Under the pieces are notes generated by a model. The model was not told the origin of the DNA. It ran no database searches and was given only the letters and a program-made list of their open reading frames with translations. Both the position numbers and the translations under genes were made by a program. From the IMG/VR virus record IMGVR_UViG_3300002098_000013: a stretch of 40,248 nt of DNA, one strand, 5' to 3'. Below, one piece after another: positions 24,755 through 34,800 of the stretch (position 1 is the first letter of the stretch; each line of letters opens with the position of its first letter). The DNA is from a virus.

Positions 24755-26832
24755 CCCTTGTCGCCCACCTTGACATCGAAACGCGCTCGACTTGCGACCT
24801 CAAAACCGCAGGGCTTTACCGCTACTTCGAGGACCCGGAGACGGAAGTTCTCGTCGTGCGGTGGCGCATCGGCGACGGGCCGGTCGAGGAGTTCCACCCG
24901 AAGGCCAAGCCTCTGCCCGGCAACCCGTTGCGCCTGTTCCTCGAAGCTGGCGGCATCGTTACCGGCCACAATATCGCGTTTGACCGCGAAGGTTGGAACC
25001 GCCGTATCGCGGGCTACGGCTGGCCAGAGATCGCGATTGAGCAGACAGACTGCACGATGGCGCGGTGCGCAGCGCTGTCGCTGCCGCAGTCGCTGGAGCA
25101 GGCGGGCAAGGCGCTCGGCCTCAAAATACAGAAGGATGCCGAGGGCCATCGCCTGATGATGCGGATGTGCAAGCCGAAGAAGGTTCACCCTGATGGCAGC
25201 GTCGAGTGGAACGAAACACCCGAGCAGCTCGCCCGCCTGTCCGAATACTGCGCGCAAGACGTGCTGGCTGAATGCGCGATCGACGCTGCGGTGCCCCAGC
25301 TTTCCCCTTCGGAGAAGCGCCTGTGGGTGCTCGACCAGAAGATCAACGCGCGCGGCGTGCAGCTTGATATGCCGATGGTCGACAAGGCGCTGGCCGTGGC
25401 TGAGCGCGCGGCACTCGCGGCGTCAGAGCAGATTTACGACCTGACAGGCGGCGCGGTGCAGCGCACGACGGAAACCGCAAAGATCGTCAAGTGGCTGAAC
25501 GCCCGGGGTATCCCCGCAGAGAGTATCGCCAAGGGCGAGCAGGACGAGCTGCTGGTGCGCGCCGACCTGTTCGACGACCCCCTCGCCCGCCAAGTCATCG
25601 AACTGCGTCGGGCCAGTGCCAAGTCTTCTGTGGCCAAGTATCGCGCCATGCAGCGGTCAGTCTGCAAGGACGGCAGAGTGCGCGGCACGCTGAACTTCCA
25701 CGGGGCCAGCACGGGGCGTTGGGCGGGCCGCCTGATCCAGCCGCAGAACCTCCCGCGCATCGGTGATGCAGGGCCAGACGTCGAGGAACTGCACGCAATC
25801 CTTGCGGCTTACGACGCGGACGAGGCGTTCGCGGCGTGCCAGTTGAACTTCGAGAACCCCCTCGACATTCTCTCCAAGGCGCTGCGGTCTATGCTGATCG
25901 CCAAGTCCGGCCACGAGCTGATCGGCGGGGACTACTCGAACATCGAAGGCCGCGTGAACGCATGGCTGGCCGGCGAAGACTGGAAAGTGCAGGCGTTTGC
26001 GGACTTCGACGCAGGGATCGGCAGCGACCTTTACGTGCTGGCCTATGCCAAGGCGTTCCACGTCTCTACCGAAGCGGTAGACAAAAATCTGCGCCAGCAG
26101 GGCAAGGTCATGGAATTGGCGCTCGGCTACCAAGGGGGCGTGCGCGCCTTTCAGAAGATGGCCGCCGGCTACGGCATGGTCGTCAGCGACGAACGCGCGG
26201 ACGAGTTGAAGGCGGCATGGCGCGAGGCGCACCCGGCGATCGTGAAAAGCTGGTACGCGCTGCAAGACGCCGCGATCAACGCCGTGCGGAACCCGGGCAT
26301 GAAGGTGCCCTGCCTCGACGGCAAGATCATCTACTTGGTCAAGAACAACATCCTGTGGTGCAGGCTGCCAAGCGGCAGGCCTCTCGCCTACGTGGCGCCG
26401 CACATCGAGCAGGGCAAATGCAAAGCGTGCGGCGGGACTGGCGACCTGTTCGACAAAGAGGCTGACGCCTTTGCCGATCCGCGCGAAGACTGCCCCGAGT
26501 GCTGGGGCCGGGGCGAGGTCAAGGCGCGGGTCTGCTTCTACGGCCAGAACTCGGCGACGAAGAAGTGGCAGAAGAACAGCCTCTATGGGGGCTTGCAGTG
26601 CGAGAACGTCGTGCAGGCCATCGCCCGCGATATTCTGGCCGAAGGTATGTTCAGGTTGGAGGACGCGGGCTATCCGTTGGTGCTGACCGTCCACGACGAA
26701 AACATCTGCGAAGTGCCCGAGGGCTTCGGAAGCCCCGAGGAACTGGCAGAATTGATGTCAATCGTACCGACTTGGGCAGAAGGTCTGCCCGTGGCGGTGA
26801 GTGCTTGGAAGGATGCTCGATATGTCAAGTAA
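24751..26832 (+). CDS. Family A DNA polymerase with 3'-5' exonuclease domain
   Basis: 693 aa. Exo I motif HLDIETRS and an Exo II-like HNIAFD. Pol motifs DYSNIEGRV (motif A-like), RQQGKVMELALGYQGG (motif B-like) and LTVHDE (motif C). It contains a CxxCxGxG x2 insertion (see findings). Confidence 0.9.
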   Translation: MTLVAHLDIETRSTCDLKTAGLYRYFEDPETEVLVVRWRIGDGPVEEFHPKAKPLPGNPLRLFLEAGGIVTGHNIAFDREGWNRRIAGYGWPEIAIEQTDCTMARCAALSLPQSLEQAGKALGLKIQKDAEGHRLMMRMCKPKKVHPDGSVEWNETPEQLARLSEYCAQDVLAECAIDAAVPQLSPSEKRLWVLDQKINARGVQLDMPMVDKALAVAERAALAASEQIYDLTGGAVQRTTETAKIVKWLNARGIPAESIAKGEQDELLVRADLFDDPLARQVIELRRASAKSSVAKYRAMQRSVCKDGRVRGTLNFHGASTGRWAGRLIQPQNLPRIGDAGPDVEELHAILAAYDADEAFAACQLNFENPLDILSKALRSMLIAKSGHELIGGDYSNIEGRVNAWLAGEDWKVQAFADFDAGIGSDLYVLAYAKAFHVSTEAVDKNLRQQGKVMELALGYQGGVRAFQKMAAGYGMVVSDERADELKAAWREAHPAIVKSWYALQDAAINAVRNPGMKVPCLDGKIIYLVKNNILWCRLPSGRPLAYVAPHIEQGKCKACGGTGDLFDKEADAFADPREDCPECWGRGEVKARVCFYGQNSATKKWQKNSLYGGLQCENVVQAIARDILAEGMFRLEDAGYPLVLTVHDENICEVPEGFGSPEELAELMSIVPTWAEGLPVAVSAWKDARYVK

Positions 26833-27043
26833 AGACCCGACGTTCCCGGAGTTGTCCCAGTTGGCGCGCGCCAACCCCGCTCGGCTTGATTTGTTTGCCG
26901 CAGCGGCGCTTACCGGGTTGCTTTCCCGGTTGAGCGAGGAAGATTATGTGGGGCTAGCGGAGCATAATTGGGACTGTCTGACCGACTTAGCGGTCAGCAT
27001 AGCCGACGATATGCTGTGGAGTATTCAGTCCCATGTTGAATAA
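26822..27043 (+). CDS. Hypothetical protein
   Basis: 73 aa from the ATG at 26822 (GGAAGGA RBS), overlapping the polymerase end. Confidence 0.5.
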   Translation: MSSKDPTFPELSQLARANPARLDLFAAAALTGLLSRLSEEDYVGLAEHNWDCLTDLAVSIADDMLWSIQSHVE

Positions 27044-27272
27044 GCCACGGCCCCGCGCCCACCAGCGCCTCTACGACCTGCTCGACGCCGAAGGCCACGC
27101 GCACGTCTTCGACGTCTACAAAGCCGTACGCGGCAGACAATACTCTGACGGGGACGCGACGAAATGCATGAGGAATATCGGGGCGCTGGTTGCGCAGTTC
27201 AACAAGCGCAGCAACGACTGCATGGTGGTGCCGGGGCCGGAGGTATACACATACCGGCTGCACCGGGGATGA
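27033..27272 (+). CDS. Hypothetical protein
   Basis: 79-aa ORF whose stop overlaps the primase start (ATGA). No motif was recognised. Confidence 0.5.
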   Translation: MLNKPRPRAHQRLYDLLDAEGHAHVFDVYKAVRGRQYSDGDATKCMRNIGALVAQFNKRSNDCMVVPGPEVYTYRLHRG

Positions 27273-29134
27273 TGGTCGATCACGCCTTGGCGGCGGCGCG
27301 CCGTGGCTTCCGGGTGTTCCCGTGCCAACCGCTGACCAAAGACCCTATGCGGGGCTTCCGCTGGAAGCGGGACGCGACGCAGGACGAGGCGACGATCCGC
27401 GCGCTGTGGACGGAAACGCCAGACGCGAACATCGGCGCCGTCGCTGACGGCATGATTATCGTCGACGAGGACAACAAGAACAACAAGCCGGGCGCGCTTG
27501 AGTTCGAGATGCTCGACATCAACGACGCGACCTATACGGTCGCGACCCCGAACGACGGCCTGCATCACTACTACGCCTACGCGGGGTTGGTCAGCCAGCG
27601 CGCGATCGGCCAAGGGCTTGACGTGCGCGCCAGTGGTAAGGGCTATGTCATAGCGCCCGGCTCAAAGCTGCCGAGCGGCGAATATGTGGTCGCCAAGGAC
27701 CTGCCGCTGCTGCCCGCTCCGCCTGAACTGGTGGCGATCTGCGGCCAGCCGCGCGACCCGGCCAAAGACCCGCGCGTTGCCGTCGTCGAACTGGACACCG
27801 AGGCAAACGTCCAGCGGGTGATCGAATACCTGCTGCACTTCGCGCCGCCGGCGACCGAAGGCGAGCGCGGGGACGACCAGACATACCTCGTCGCGTGCCG
27901 GGCGAAAGACCTTGGCGTCAGCGAGCCTGTGGCCTTGGACCTCATGCTTGAGCACTACAACGACAGGTGCTCGCCGCCGTGGGAGTGCGAGGAGTTGGAA
28001 CTCAAGGTGGCCTCGGCATATACTCATGGCCAGAACCCGCCGGGGTCGGACACGCCCGAGTACCACTTCGCCGGTGTCGAGATACCCGAGCCTGAATACC
28101 GCCCGCGCCTGCGCGGCAAGGCGATCCGCGCGGGCGACGACATCGACTTCGACCAAGAGTGGCTGCTGTTCGAGCGCCTGCCCCAAGTCGGGACTGCGAT
28201 GGTCGTCGCGCCGTCGGGCGCGGGCAAGACCTTCCTCGCTTACGAACTGGCCCGCTGCCTCGCCACCGGCGACAAGTTCTTCGGCACCGAGCCCGACGAC
28301 AAGTGCGGCGCGGTGATCCTCGCGGGCGAAGGGCTGGCCGGCGTTCCGGCGCGCATGAAGACGCTGGGGCGCTTGCCGATCTCGACGATCCCCACAGGCC
28401 AGTTGGGCGACAAGGCCAATGTCAAGGCGCTGGTGGCGGACATCGAGGCCGAGCGGGACTGGATGAAAGAGAAGCACGGCGTGCGGCTGGGGCTGATCGT
28501 GATCGACACGCTGACCGCTGTTGGGCTGTTACAGGACGAGAACAACAACAGCGAGTGCGGCGCGGCGGTCAAGGCGCTGGAAGCCTTGGCGCTGCGGTTC
28601 AACTGCATGGTGCTGGTCAACCACCACCCGCCCAAGAACGGCACCGGGGCGCGCGGCGGCGGGGCGCTGCACGCGGGGTTCGACGTCGTGCTCGAAGTGG
28701 CGCACGAGAAGGGCCAAGAAGTTCGTTACGTCGAGTGTACCAAGGCGCGCGAAGGCCGCGTCGGCGCTTGGGGCAGTTTCACCCTGATCTCGATTGTCGT
28801 TGGCTTCGACCGGCGCGGGCGGGCGCGGACCACCTGCGAAGTGTCAATGGGTTCCGAGCCGCGCGTCATCACCGGCAAGCAGCCGCCGAAGTTCGACGCC
28901 TTCGAGGCGGCGATCGAGACAGCGCGGGTCACAGACGACGTGCCCAAAGGCCAGCCCGTGAAACGTGCCTCGGTGCAGACGGCCTTTGGCGAACTGGCGC
29001 ATATCTCTGACCGGGGCAACAGGTCCAAGGCGTTCAACAAGTGTCTGGACTTCGCCGCTGCGGCGGGCCGGGTGCGCGTGGTTCGGGGCGCCAACGACGA
29101 GCAGTTTATCAACGACGTGAAGGAGGAACCATGA
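27269..29134 (+). CDS. Bifunctional primase-polymerase (prim-pol) / RepA-DnaB-like helicase
   Basis: 621 aa from the ATG at 27269. The N-terminus is prim-pol-like (RRGFRVFPCQPLTKDPMRGFRWKRDATQDEATIRALW...ANIGAV...IIVDEDN). The C-terminal part has Walker A VVAPSGAGKT and Walker B-like LIVIDTL. Confidence 0.8.
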   Translation: MMVDHALAAARRGFRVFPCQPLTKDPMRGFRWKRDATQDEATIRALWTETPDANIGAVADGMIIVDEDNKNNKPGALEFEMLDINDATYTVATPNDGLHHYYAYAGLVSQRAIGQGLDVRASGKGYVIAPGSKLPSGEYVVAKDLPLLPAPPELVAICGQPRDPAKDPRVAVVELDTEANVQRVIEYLLHFAPPATEGERGDDQTYLVACRAKDLGVSEPVALDLMLEHYNDRCSPPWECEELELKVASAYTHGQNPPGSDTPEYHFAGVEIPEPEYRPRLRGKAIRAGDDIDFDQEWLLFERLPQVGTAMVVAPSGAGKTFLAYELARCLATGDKFFGTEPDDKCGAVILAGEGLAGVPARMKTLGRLPISTIPTGQLGDKANVKALVADIEAERDWMKEKHGVRLGLIVIDTLTAVGLLQDENNNSECGAAVKALEALALRFNCMVLVNHHPPKNGTGARGGGALHAGFDVVLEVAHEKGQEVRYVECTKAREGRVGAWGSFTLISIVVGFDRRGRARTTCEVSMGSEPRVITGKQPPKFDAFEAAIETARVTDDVPKGQPVKRASVQTAFGELAHISDRGNRSKAFNKCLDFAAAAGRVRVVRGANDEQFINDVKEEP

Positions 29135-29412
29135 CTGACACCAACCAAGCCGAACTGATTGAGCGGATCGCGCGGGCTATTGTGGAGGCTGGTTACAACC
29201 CCGCCACCGCCCATGCAATCGCCGGTGTGACACGCCCATTCCTCACCGCCGAGCGCGAGGCTGGGCGCGTGGAGGGTGCTAGGGCTATGAAGCTGCGCGC
29301 CGTTCAAACGGCGCACGCATACGGGCTAGAAAACCTAAGAACGGGTCTTGGGTTGGAGCCACTTAAAGCCCTCGACCCCGCCGAAATCGTGAAGGGAATT
29401 GGAAATGGCTAG
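29131..29412 (+). CDS. Hypothetical protein
   Basis: 93 aa from the ATG at 29131 (GGAGGAACC RBS, ATGA overlap with the primase stop). Confidence 0.55.
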   Translation: MTDTNQAELIERIARAIVEAGYNPATAHAIAGVTRPFLTAEREAGRVEGARAMKLRAVQTAHAYGLENLRTGLGLEPLKALDPAEIVKGIGNG

Positions 29413-29438
29413 CCTAAAACCATGCCCGAACGTCTGGC

Positions 29439-29585
29439 ATGAAAGTCCAGCGTCAGGCGCTGCGCGTCATCGTAGACAAACTGGCCCGTATTCTCAACGG
29501 CGACCCGGACTACATTGATAGTTGGCATGATCTGTGCGGGTACGCTACGCTAGTTGAGCAAAGGCTGAGAAAGCAGCAAGGATGA
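29439..29585 (+). CDS. Small hypothetical protein (48 aa, below track cutoff)
   Basis: MKVQRQALRVIVDKLARILNGDPDYIDSWHDLCGYATLVEQRLRKQQG, translated by hand. Its stop overlaps the HNH start (ATGA). Confidence 0.45.
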   Translation: MKVQRQALRVIVDKLARILNGDPDYIDSWHDLCGYATLVEQRLRKQQG

Positions 29586-30178
29586 TTTCTTACTCTGAGG
29601 CTAAGAACGCTGGGGGCAAGCACTACTTTACTGGGGCGCCGTGTGTTCGGGGGCACACGGCACCGAGGTTTGTAAGCACCCGAGCCTGCGTGGAGTGCCT
29701 GTCCGCTAAGAAAGCCGCCTATCGGGCCACTCCCGGCGGCAAAGCGGCCACGGCGGCGTATGACGCCGCTTACCGGCGCAAGCACCTAGAACTCCTGCGC
29801 GATAAGAGGCTCGCCGCGTACTCTGACCGCCGCGAAGTGCTGGTCGAACGCAGCCGGACGTGGAAACACGCCAACCGGGAACGGGTCGCGGCTTACGGTT
29901 CCGCCTACAAGAAAGCGCGCCCCGCAGAGAACGCAGCGCGGGCCGCGCGCTACAAAGCTGCGAAGGCCCAAGCTACTCCGCCATGGGCGGACTACGCAGC
30001 TATCGCGGCGGTTTACGAAGAGGCTGCGTTCCTGACCGACCTTACGGGCGAGCGGTACGAAGTGGACCACTACTACCCCTTGGCGGGGAAGACTTGCTGT
30101 GGTTTGCACGTTCACCAGAACTTGCGCGCTATCCCCGAGCGGGACAACCGGCGAAAATATAACAAAGTTCCTAGCTGA
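29582..30178 (+). CDS. HNH endonuclease
   Basis: 198 aa. The N-terminus is Cys/His-rich (FTGAPCVRGHTAPRFVSTRACVEC). The C-terminal YEVDHYYPLAGKTCCGLHVHQNLRAIPERDNRRKYNK carries the H-N-H pattern. Confidence 0.8.
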   Translation: MISYSEAKNAGGKHYFTGAPCVRGHTAPRFVSTRACVECLSAKKAAYRATPGGKAATAAYDAAYRRKHLELLRDKRLAAYSDRREVLVERSRTWKHANRERVAAYGSAYKKARPAENAARAARYKAAKAQATPPWADYAAIAAVYEEAAFLTDLTGERYEVDHYYPLAGKTCCGLHVHQNLRAIPERDNRRKYNKVPS

Positions 30179-30362
30179 ATAACTCCGCAGCGACAGGATC
30201 AGGCCGGTTCATCTCTTCGAGAAGCTGGCCGATCCGGTCGTTGTTCTTTCGCCGCAGCGCGCCGTCATTGACCCGCGTCGTGGCCGTCAGCACTGACGAC
30301 ATGATCGCCGTCTTGGTGGACAGCAGCTTCGGGAAGTTCTTGTCCATCGGGTCGAGGCCCAT
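30171..30362 (-). CDS. Possible small hypothetical protein (start uncertain)
   Basis: 63 aa from the first ATG after the ATP-grasp stop. The 262-aa track ORF continues upstream but overlaps the ATP-grasp gene in another frame. No ATG/GTG/TTG lies between 30363 and 30434. Confidence 0.3.
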   Translation of the reverse strand: MGLDPMDKNFPKLLSTKTAIMSSVLTATTRVNDGALRRKNNDRIGQLLEEMNRPDPVAAELFS

Positions 30363-30433
30363 CTCCAAGACTTCCTTGGCGTGGGCCAGCGCCAGCGACA
30401 GCAGCGCGTCGAACGCCTCGGGCTTTTCGCCGG

Positions 30434-31789
30434 CTAGAATTGCAAGCCCGTCGCGTAGCCCAAGGATTGAATCGTCGGAAGCTGCTTCTTGAGCCGCTGC
30501 CCGATGTCGGGCCGCCAGAACGGGCTGTTCGGCACTGACAGGTTTTCGATCAGCCGGTAGGCCCTTCCGCGCGCTTCGCGCACTGTTCGCCCTAGCCCGC
30601 TCGCCACCAGCAGATAGTCTCCGGCTGTCACCAGACATGGCAGTTCCACCACCTTCCCGTTCACGTCGTGCGGCGCCTTGCCCTGTTGCAGTTCGCAAGG
30701 GTGCAGGTGCTTTTTCATCGACGGCTTGATCCCGTAGATCGGAATGCCCATGCAGTCCTTGCGCGTGTTCTGGCTGTAGGGGAAGTCCGGCATCGCCATC
30801 AGCACCCCCACGGCCAAGGTGTCGAGCACGAAGGGCTTCGCGTCGCGCCCTTCCGACAGATCGATCAGCCACTCTGCGGGGTCCTTTCCTTCTGCCAGCA
30901 TCCCCATTTGGATGTTGAACGTCGGCCAGCCGGGCCGCATGGTGAACTCCAAGGGCCACGGTGTCCCGTCTTCGTCGATGATGCAGTTCACGTCAACATA
31001 GCCGACGTAGTCCGCGCGATGCAGGTCCTCCTCGAACGGCTTGAGCACCTTGTCCGCCAGCTTTGACTTGGCGACGGCGCGGACCACGGTGCCCATCTCG
31101 CCGGTGGCCGGGCCGGTGTCGCCGGCCATCAGCTTCTTCTCTTCCCAATTCTCGTGCCAGCCAGCGATGAACCCGCCGGGGCCAAACCAGCCACCCACGG
31201 CCATCTCGACGCCCTGCACCCGCTCTTGCAGGATGAATGCGTCCTTGTGCCTGCTCTGCTTCTTCCAGCGTTCGAGCATGAACACCAGGTCAGCCGGGGA
31301 CTTGCCCACGTAGGACAGGCTCTTGTCCTCCTCATCGCCACAGGGCTTGCACACGAAGGCGCGGCCCTCGCGCTTCACATAGGCGATCGCCGAATCGTAA
31401 TCCGAGAACTGTTTGAAGTCTGGCACGGGGAGCTTGCGCTTCTTCATCAGGTTCTGGCCGAGCTGGCGGTCAGTCTCCCACGCTGCCGTCTCCGGCGTCG
31501 CGGCCACCACGGGGATGCCCATCTTGCGGTAGGGCTCGATGTCCCGGAGGTAGCGCACGTTGTCGGGCAGCATGATGAGGTCGGCCCACCGCGCCCACTC
31601 GCGCCAGTCGTTCACCTGCGCGCTCTGGCCTGTGAGCAGCCCCCTGCCGATGTTCATGGTCGCGCGCGCCGGGCGCACGAACCACTTGACCGTGTGGCCC
31701 GCGTCCTGACAGCGTAGGGCGAAATCGAGCATGAGGCCCGCGTTGTCTACGAGAAGGATTTTGATGAGGATTCTCCTGTAGACAAGCAC
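30434..31789 (-). CDS. ATP-grasp enzyme, PurD (phosphoribosylamine-glycine ligase)-like
   Basis: 451 aa. Rossmann-like N-terminus (KILLVDNAGLMLDFALRCQDAGHTV). ATP-grasp core (FVCKPCGDEEDKS...FILQERVQGVEMAVGGWF). GDTGPATGEMGT resembles the PurD GPNTGGMG signature. GYVDVNCIIDEDGTPWPLEFTMRPGWP follows. GTG start at 31789. Confidence 0.7.
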   Translation of the reverse strand: MLVYRRILIKILLVDNAGLMLDFALRCQDAGHTVKWFVRPARATMNIGRGLLTGQSAQVNDWREWARWADLIMLPDNVRYLRDIEPYRKMGIPVVAATPETAAWETDRQLGQNLMKKRKLPVPDFKQFSDYDSAIAYVKREGRAFVCKPCGDEEDKSLSYVGKSPADLVFMLERWKKQSRHKDAFILQERVQGVEMAVGGWFGPGGFIAGWHENWEEKKLMAGDTGPATGEMGTVVRAVAKSKLADKVLKPFEEDLHRADYVGYVDVNCIIDEDGTPWPLEFTMRPGWPTFNIQMGMLAEGKDPAEWLIDLSEGRDAKPFVLDTLAVGVLMAMPDFPYSQNTRKDCMGIPIYGIKPSMKKHLHPCELQQGKAPHDVNGKVVELPCLVTAGDYLLVASGLGRTVREARGRAYRLIENLSVPNSPFWRPDIGQRLKKQLPTIQSLGYATGLQF

Positions 31790-31820
31790 GGGGTGTGCTG
31801 GCGCGAATGACTACGGCTTC

Positions 31821-34800
31821 TCAATTCGCCATCCTTGCTGCTTTGGCCGCGTCGCTGCGCGCCTTTGCTTTCGCCGCTGCGGCTTCGCGTTTTGCGGCCA
31901 TGGCTTTGGCCGCGTCGGGGTCGCTGTCCGCTTCCCCGGCTTGCGAGATACCGAGCAGCGTTGCCCAGCCGGGAATGGCCGAACTCTTGTTGAGCCGCCC
32001 GGCTCCTTCTGTGGGGATCGGGCTGAAATGGCCCTTGAGGTATTCCCCGGTTCGGCCGGCCAGCGGCGCGTTGGGGGTGGGGTCCCCGAGGTCCCTGCCA
32101 GCCATCAGCGAGAGGCTGGCTGACGGAACGACGTTCAGTTTGCTGAACGTGTACCCTCCAACCGTCGGCGCCGTCGGATCGCCAGCCATCACTTTCTCCC
32201 ACGTACGCCAGTCGATAGCGGCGTCGTTGCCGGCAGAGACGAAGCGGGCGCGCTCCGGCGCACCGTATCCGTTCTTGCCGCCGGTCTGCGGGCGCTCCAG
32301 GTCTCGGGCGGTCTGCGGGGGCGCTCCCTTCCCGAGATGGTGGAACAGTTGGGCGATAAGCTCGCCCTCGATATACCGGGAGGCCATCAGCGTGGCCAGC
32401 GCCTGCGTATGCTCGCCCATGCCCTCGCCGTGGACGAGCCGCCCCGGCAGGCTCTCCCGCGCAACCCCCCGCAGGCCGCCTTCTTTCCAGCCGTGAGCGC
32501 CTGAAATTTCCGCGACGCCTTTGCCCGCCGCTCGCAGGTTCCCCACCACCCACGAGGGGGCGAGCAGGAGCATACGGGCGAGCTGCTGGCTGCGGCGGCT
32601 GTCCATCAGCTTCTCCAGTGGTATCTCGCCGAGCATATCGTCTACCGCCGTGACTGACTTGCGGGCCTGCGCGTGCAGAGCATCTAGGCTGGCGCCGGGG
32701 TTGGCCGAGCGCCACGCTTCCATGCGCATCCGGTAGAGCGCCATCTTGTCGAGCGGGATAGCCTTCTCGAACACAAGGGCGTTGGCGTCGCGCAGCACCG
32801 CGTTCAACTGGCCGATGGTAAACTTGGCGGTGCCCAGCGCAGGGCCGCGCTCGCGCAATTCGCGAGCGTAGGCTCGTTTGGTCTCGTCGGCGAGGGCGTT
32901 GAAGGCGCCTTTGACCTTGCCCGCCCAAGGCTCTCCCGCCGCGCCGCGCGCCAAAGGCCCCGCAACGCCCGGAGACTTGCCGAGGTCGTAGTCCGGGGTG
33001 GCCCCCACCCGACCGCCAGCGGCCTCGAAAGCCCTGTCGATCTCGTCCATGTGCTCTGGCCCGGCGACGATCCGGTCTCTCATGGCCGCGCCGCCGCGCC
33101 ACGGTAGGGCGTTGCGGGCGAAACTGGCGGGCGCGTCCTTGGCGTTGGCCCAGCCTTTGTAGCGCAGCAGGGCGTTAACCCCGGACATCATGCGGTCGGT
33201 GACGCCGATGGACAGGGTGTTCGCGCCGTGCGCCAAGGAGCTGCCCGCGAACTTGAGCATCTTGGTCGCGTCGGAAATCTTCTGCCCGACCGCGTAGGCG
33301 CGCCGCGTGGCCGGCGAGGTGCTGCCCTCGAAGCCTTGGGCCACCAGTCCGTTGATTTTGTTGGCGACAGGCTCAGGGGCGATGAGCGCCTTGCCCGGCC
33401 GGAAGTGGATCATGTCGGTGGGCTCGTCGTGCGTGGCATAGGCACCCGACCGAGCGTCAGCCGGCACGATCTCGCGCCAGCCTTTCGGCACCATCGCCTG
33501 CCCCTTGCGGGTCAGAGACACCTCCTTGGCGATGCCCTCTTCCTCCAGAGCCTTGATCGCCGCGCGCAGGCCGAGGTTGCGATAGGTGCGCTCAACGTAG
33601 TTGCTGACCGCCTCGACGGGGTGCTCAAACTTCGGCACCCGGCCATCGGCCACCGCCTCGGCTTGGGTCTCGTAGCTTTTGCGCTTGTACTGCGACCGGC
33701 TGCCCCCACGAGCCACGCCGGCGACCGAACCCTCTTTGCCCGCATCAAGGTAGGCTCCGGGGTAGTAGCCCTTGCGAAGCGGCGTCCCGGTGATCTCGTT
33801 CAGGTGCTTGCCTGTTTGGTCGAGGACTCCGCGCAGCGTGTCTGACGCTGCCGCGCGATTCGGCCCGATCCGGGAGGCGGCAGCCGCGCCCGCCCCACTG
33901 GCCTCCGGCGTCGCGTCGCGCTGGAGATGGGCCACGGTATCCCGGAGCGTGCCGGTCTCGTCCCCCTGAAACGCTTTGTACAGCGGCTCCAGTTTGTGGT
34001 GGGCGCGCAGCGCAGCGTTGCGCATCTGGTTGACCTGATCCTCGACGATGTGCCGGCCGCGCACCTCAGCGGGCAGCGCCGCCTTGGCCGCTTCGCCAGC
34101 CTCCCCGGCTCGGCTCGCGCCGCGCAGCAGCTTGCCGCCCACGCCGGCCAGCGGGGCCAAGTTGAGCGCCGTCCCGACCGGATGCTCCGCGAGCTGCTTC
34201 TTGAACTTGGAGATGCTGGTGTAGGGGTCGATCACCGCGCGCGCCGCCTCGGCGTTGCGCTTTTGCACCCCCGGCGACTCGGGCATACCGAACATGGTCC
34301 TCTTGCGGCCCGGAGCCACCCAATCATCGAACGTATCCGCCGCGCCTTGGGCCACACTGGCCGCGCCCAGCAGCGCGTCCATCGGGTGGGCCGCCGCGGA
34401 ACCGACGCCCTTGACGATGCCCACCACATCGGCGGGGATGTTCTTGACCGCCGACTTCGCCGTGTCCAGCCAGCCGGGCTCGGCGGGCGCCGCGAACGGG
34501 TCGTGGGCCACGGGGGTGCCCCGCGAGGGTTTTGCAGGCGCCGCGAACGGGTCGTAGCTGACCGGGGTTCCGAAGTCTTGCGCTGACGGCGTGGCTTCGA
34601 TGTGGAGGTGCGGCGCGGTTGAGTGCGCGGCGCCCGTGCCCTCGGCCAGCACCTTGTAGCCCCGGGGGCCGAAGGTCTTCTCCAGTCGGACGCGTGCCTG
34701 CTCTAGCGTTTCCCCGGGGGCGACGCTGAAGTCTCTGGCGTTGTCGGTGAGGTGGGCGCTGTCGGGCACCCCGCCGACTTGGGCGTTGCGCGCCGCCGTG

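Noticed and set aside
30363-30959. Upstream 200 codons of the 262-aa minus-strand ORF overlapping the ATP-grasp gene.
   Set aside because: It is an R/G/A-rich off-frame of a well-supported gene. Only the part downstream of the ATP-grasp stop is retained, and only at low confidence.
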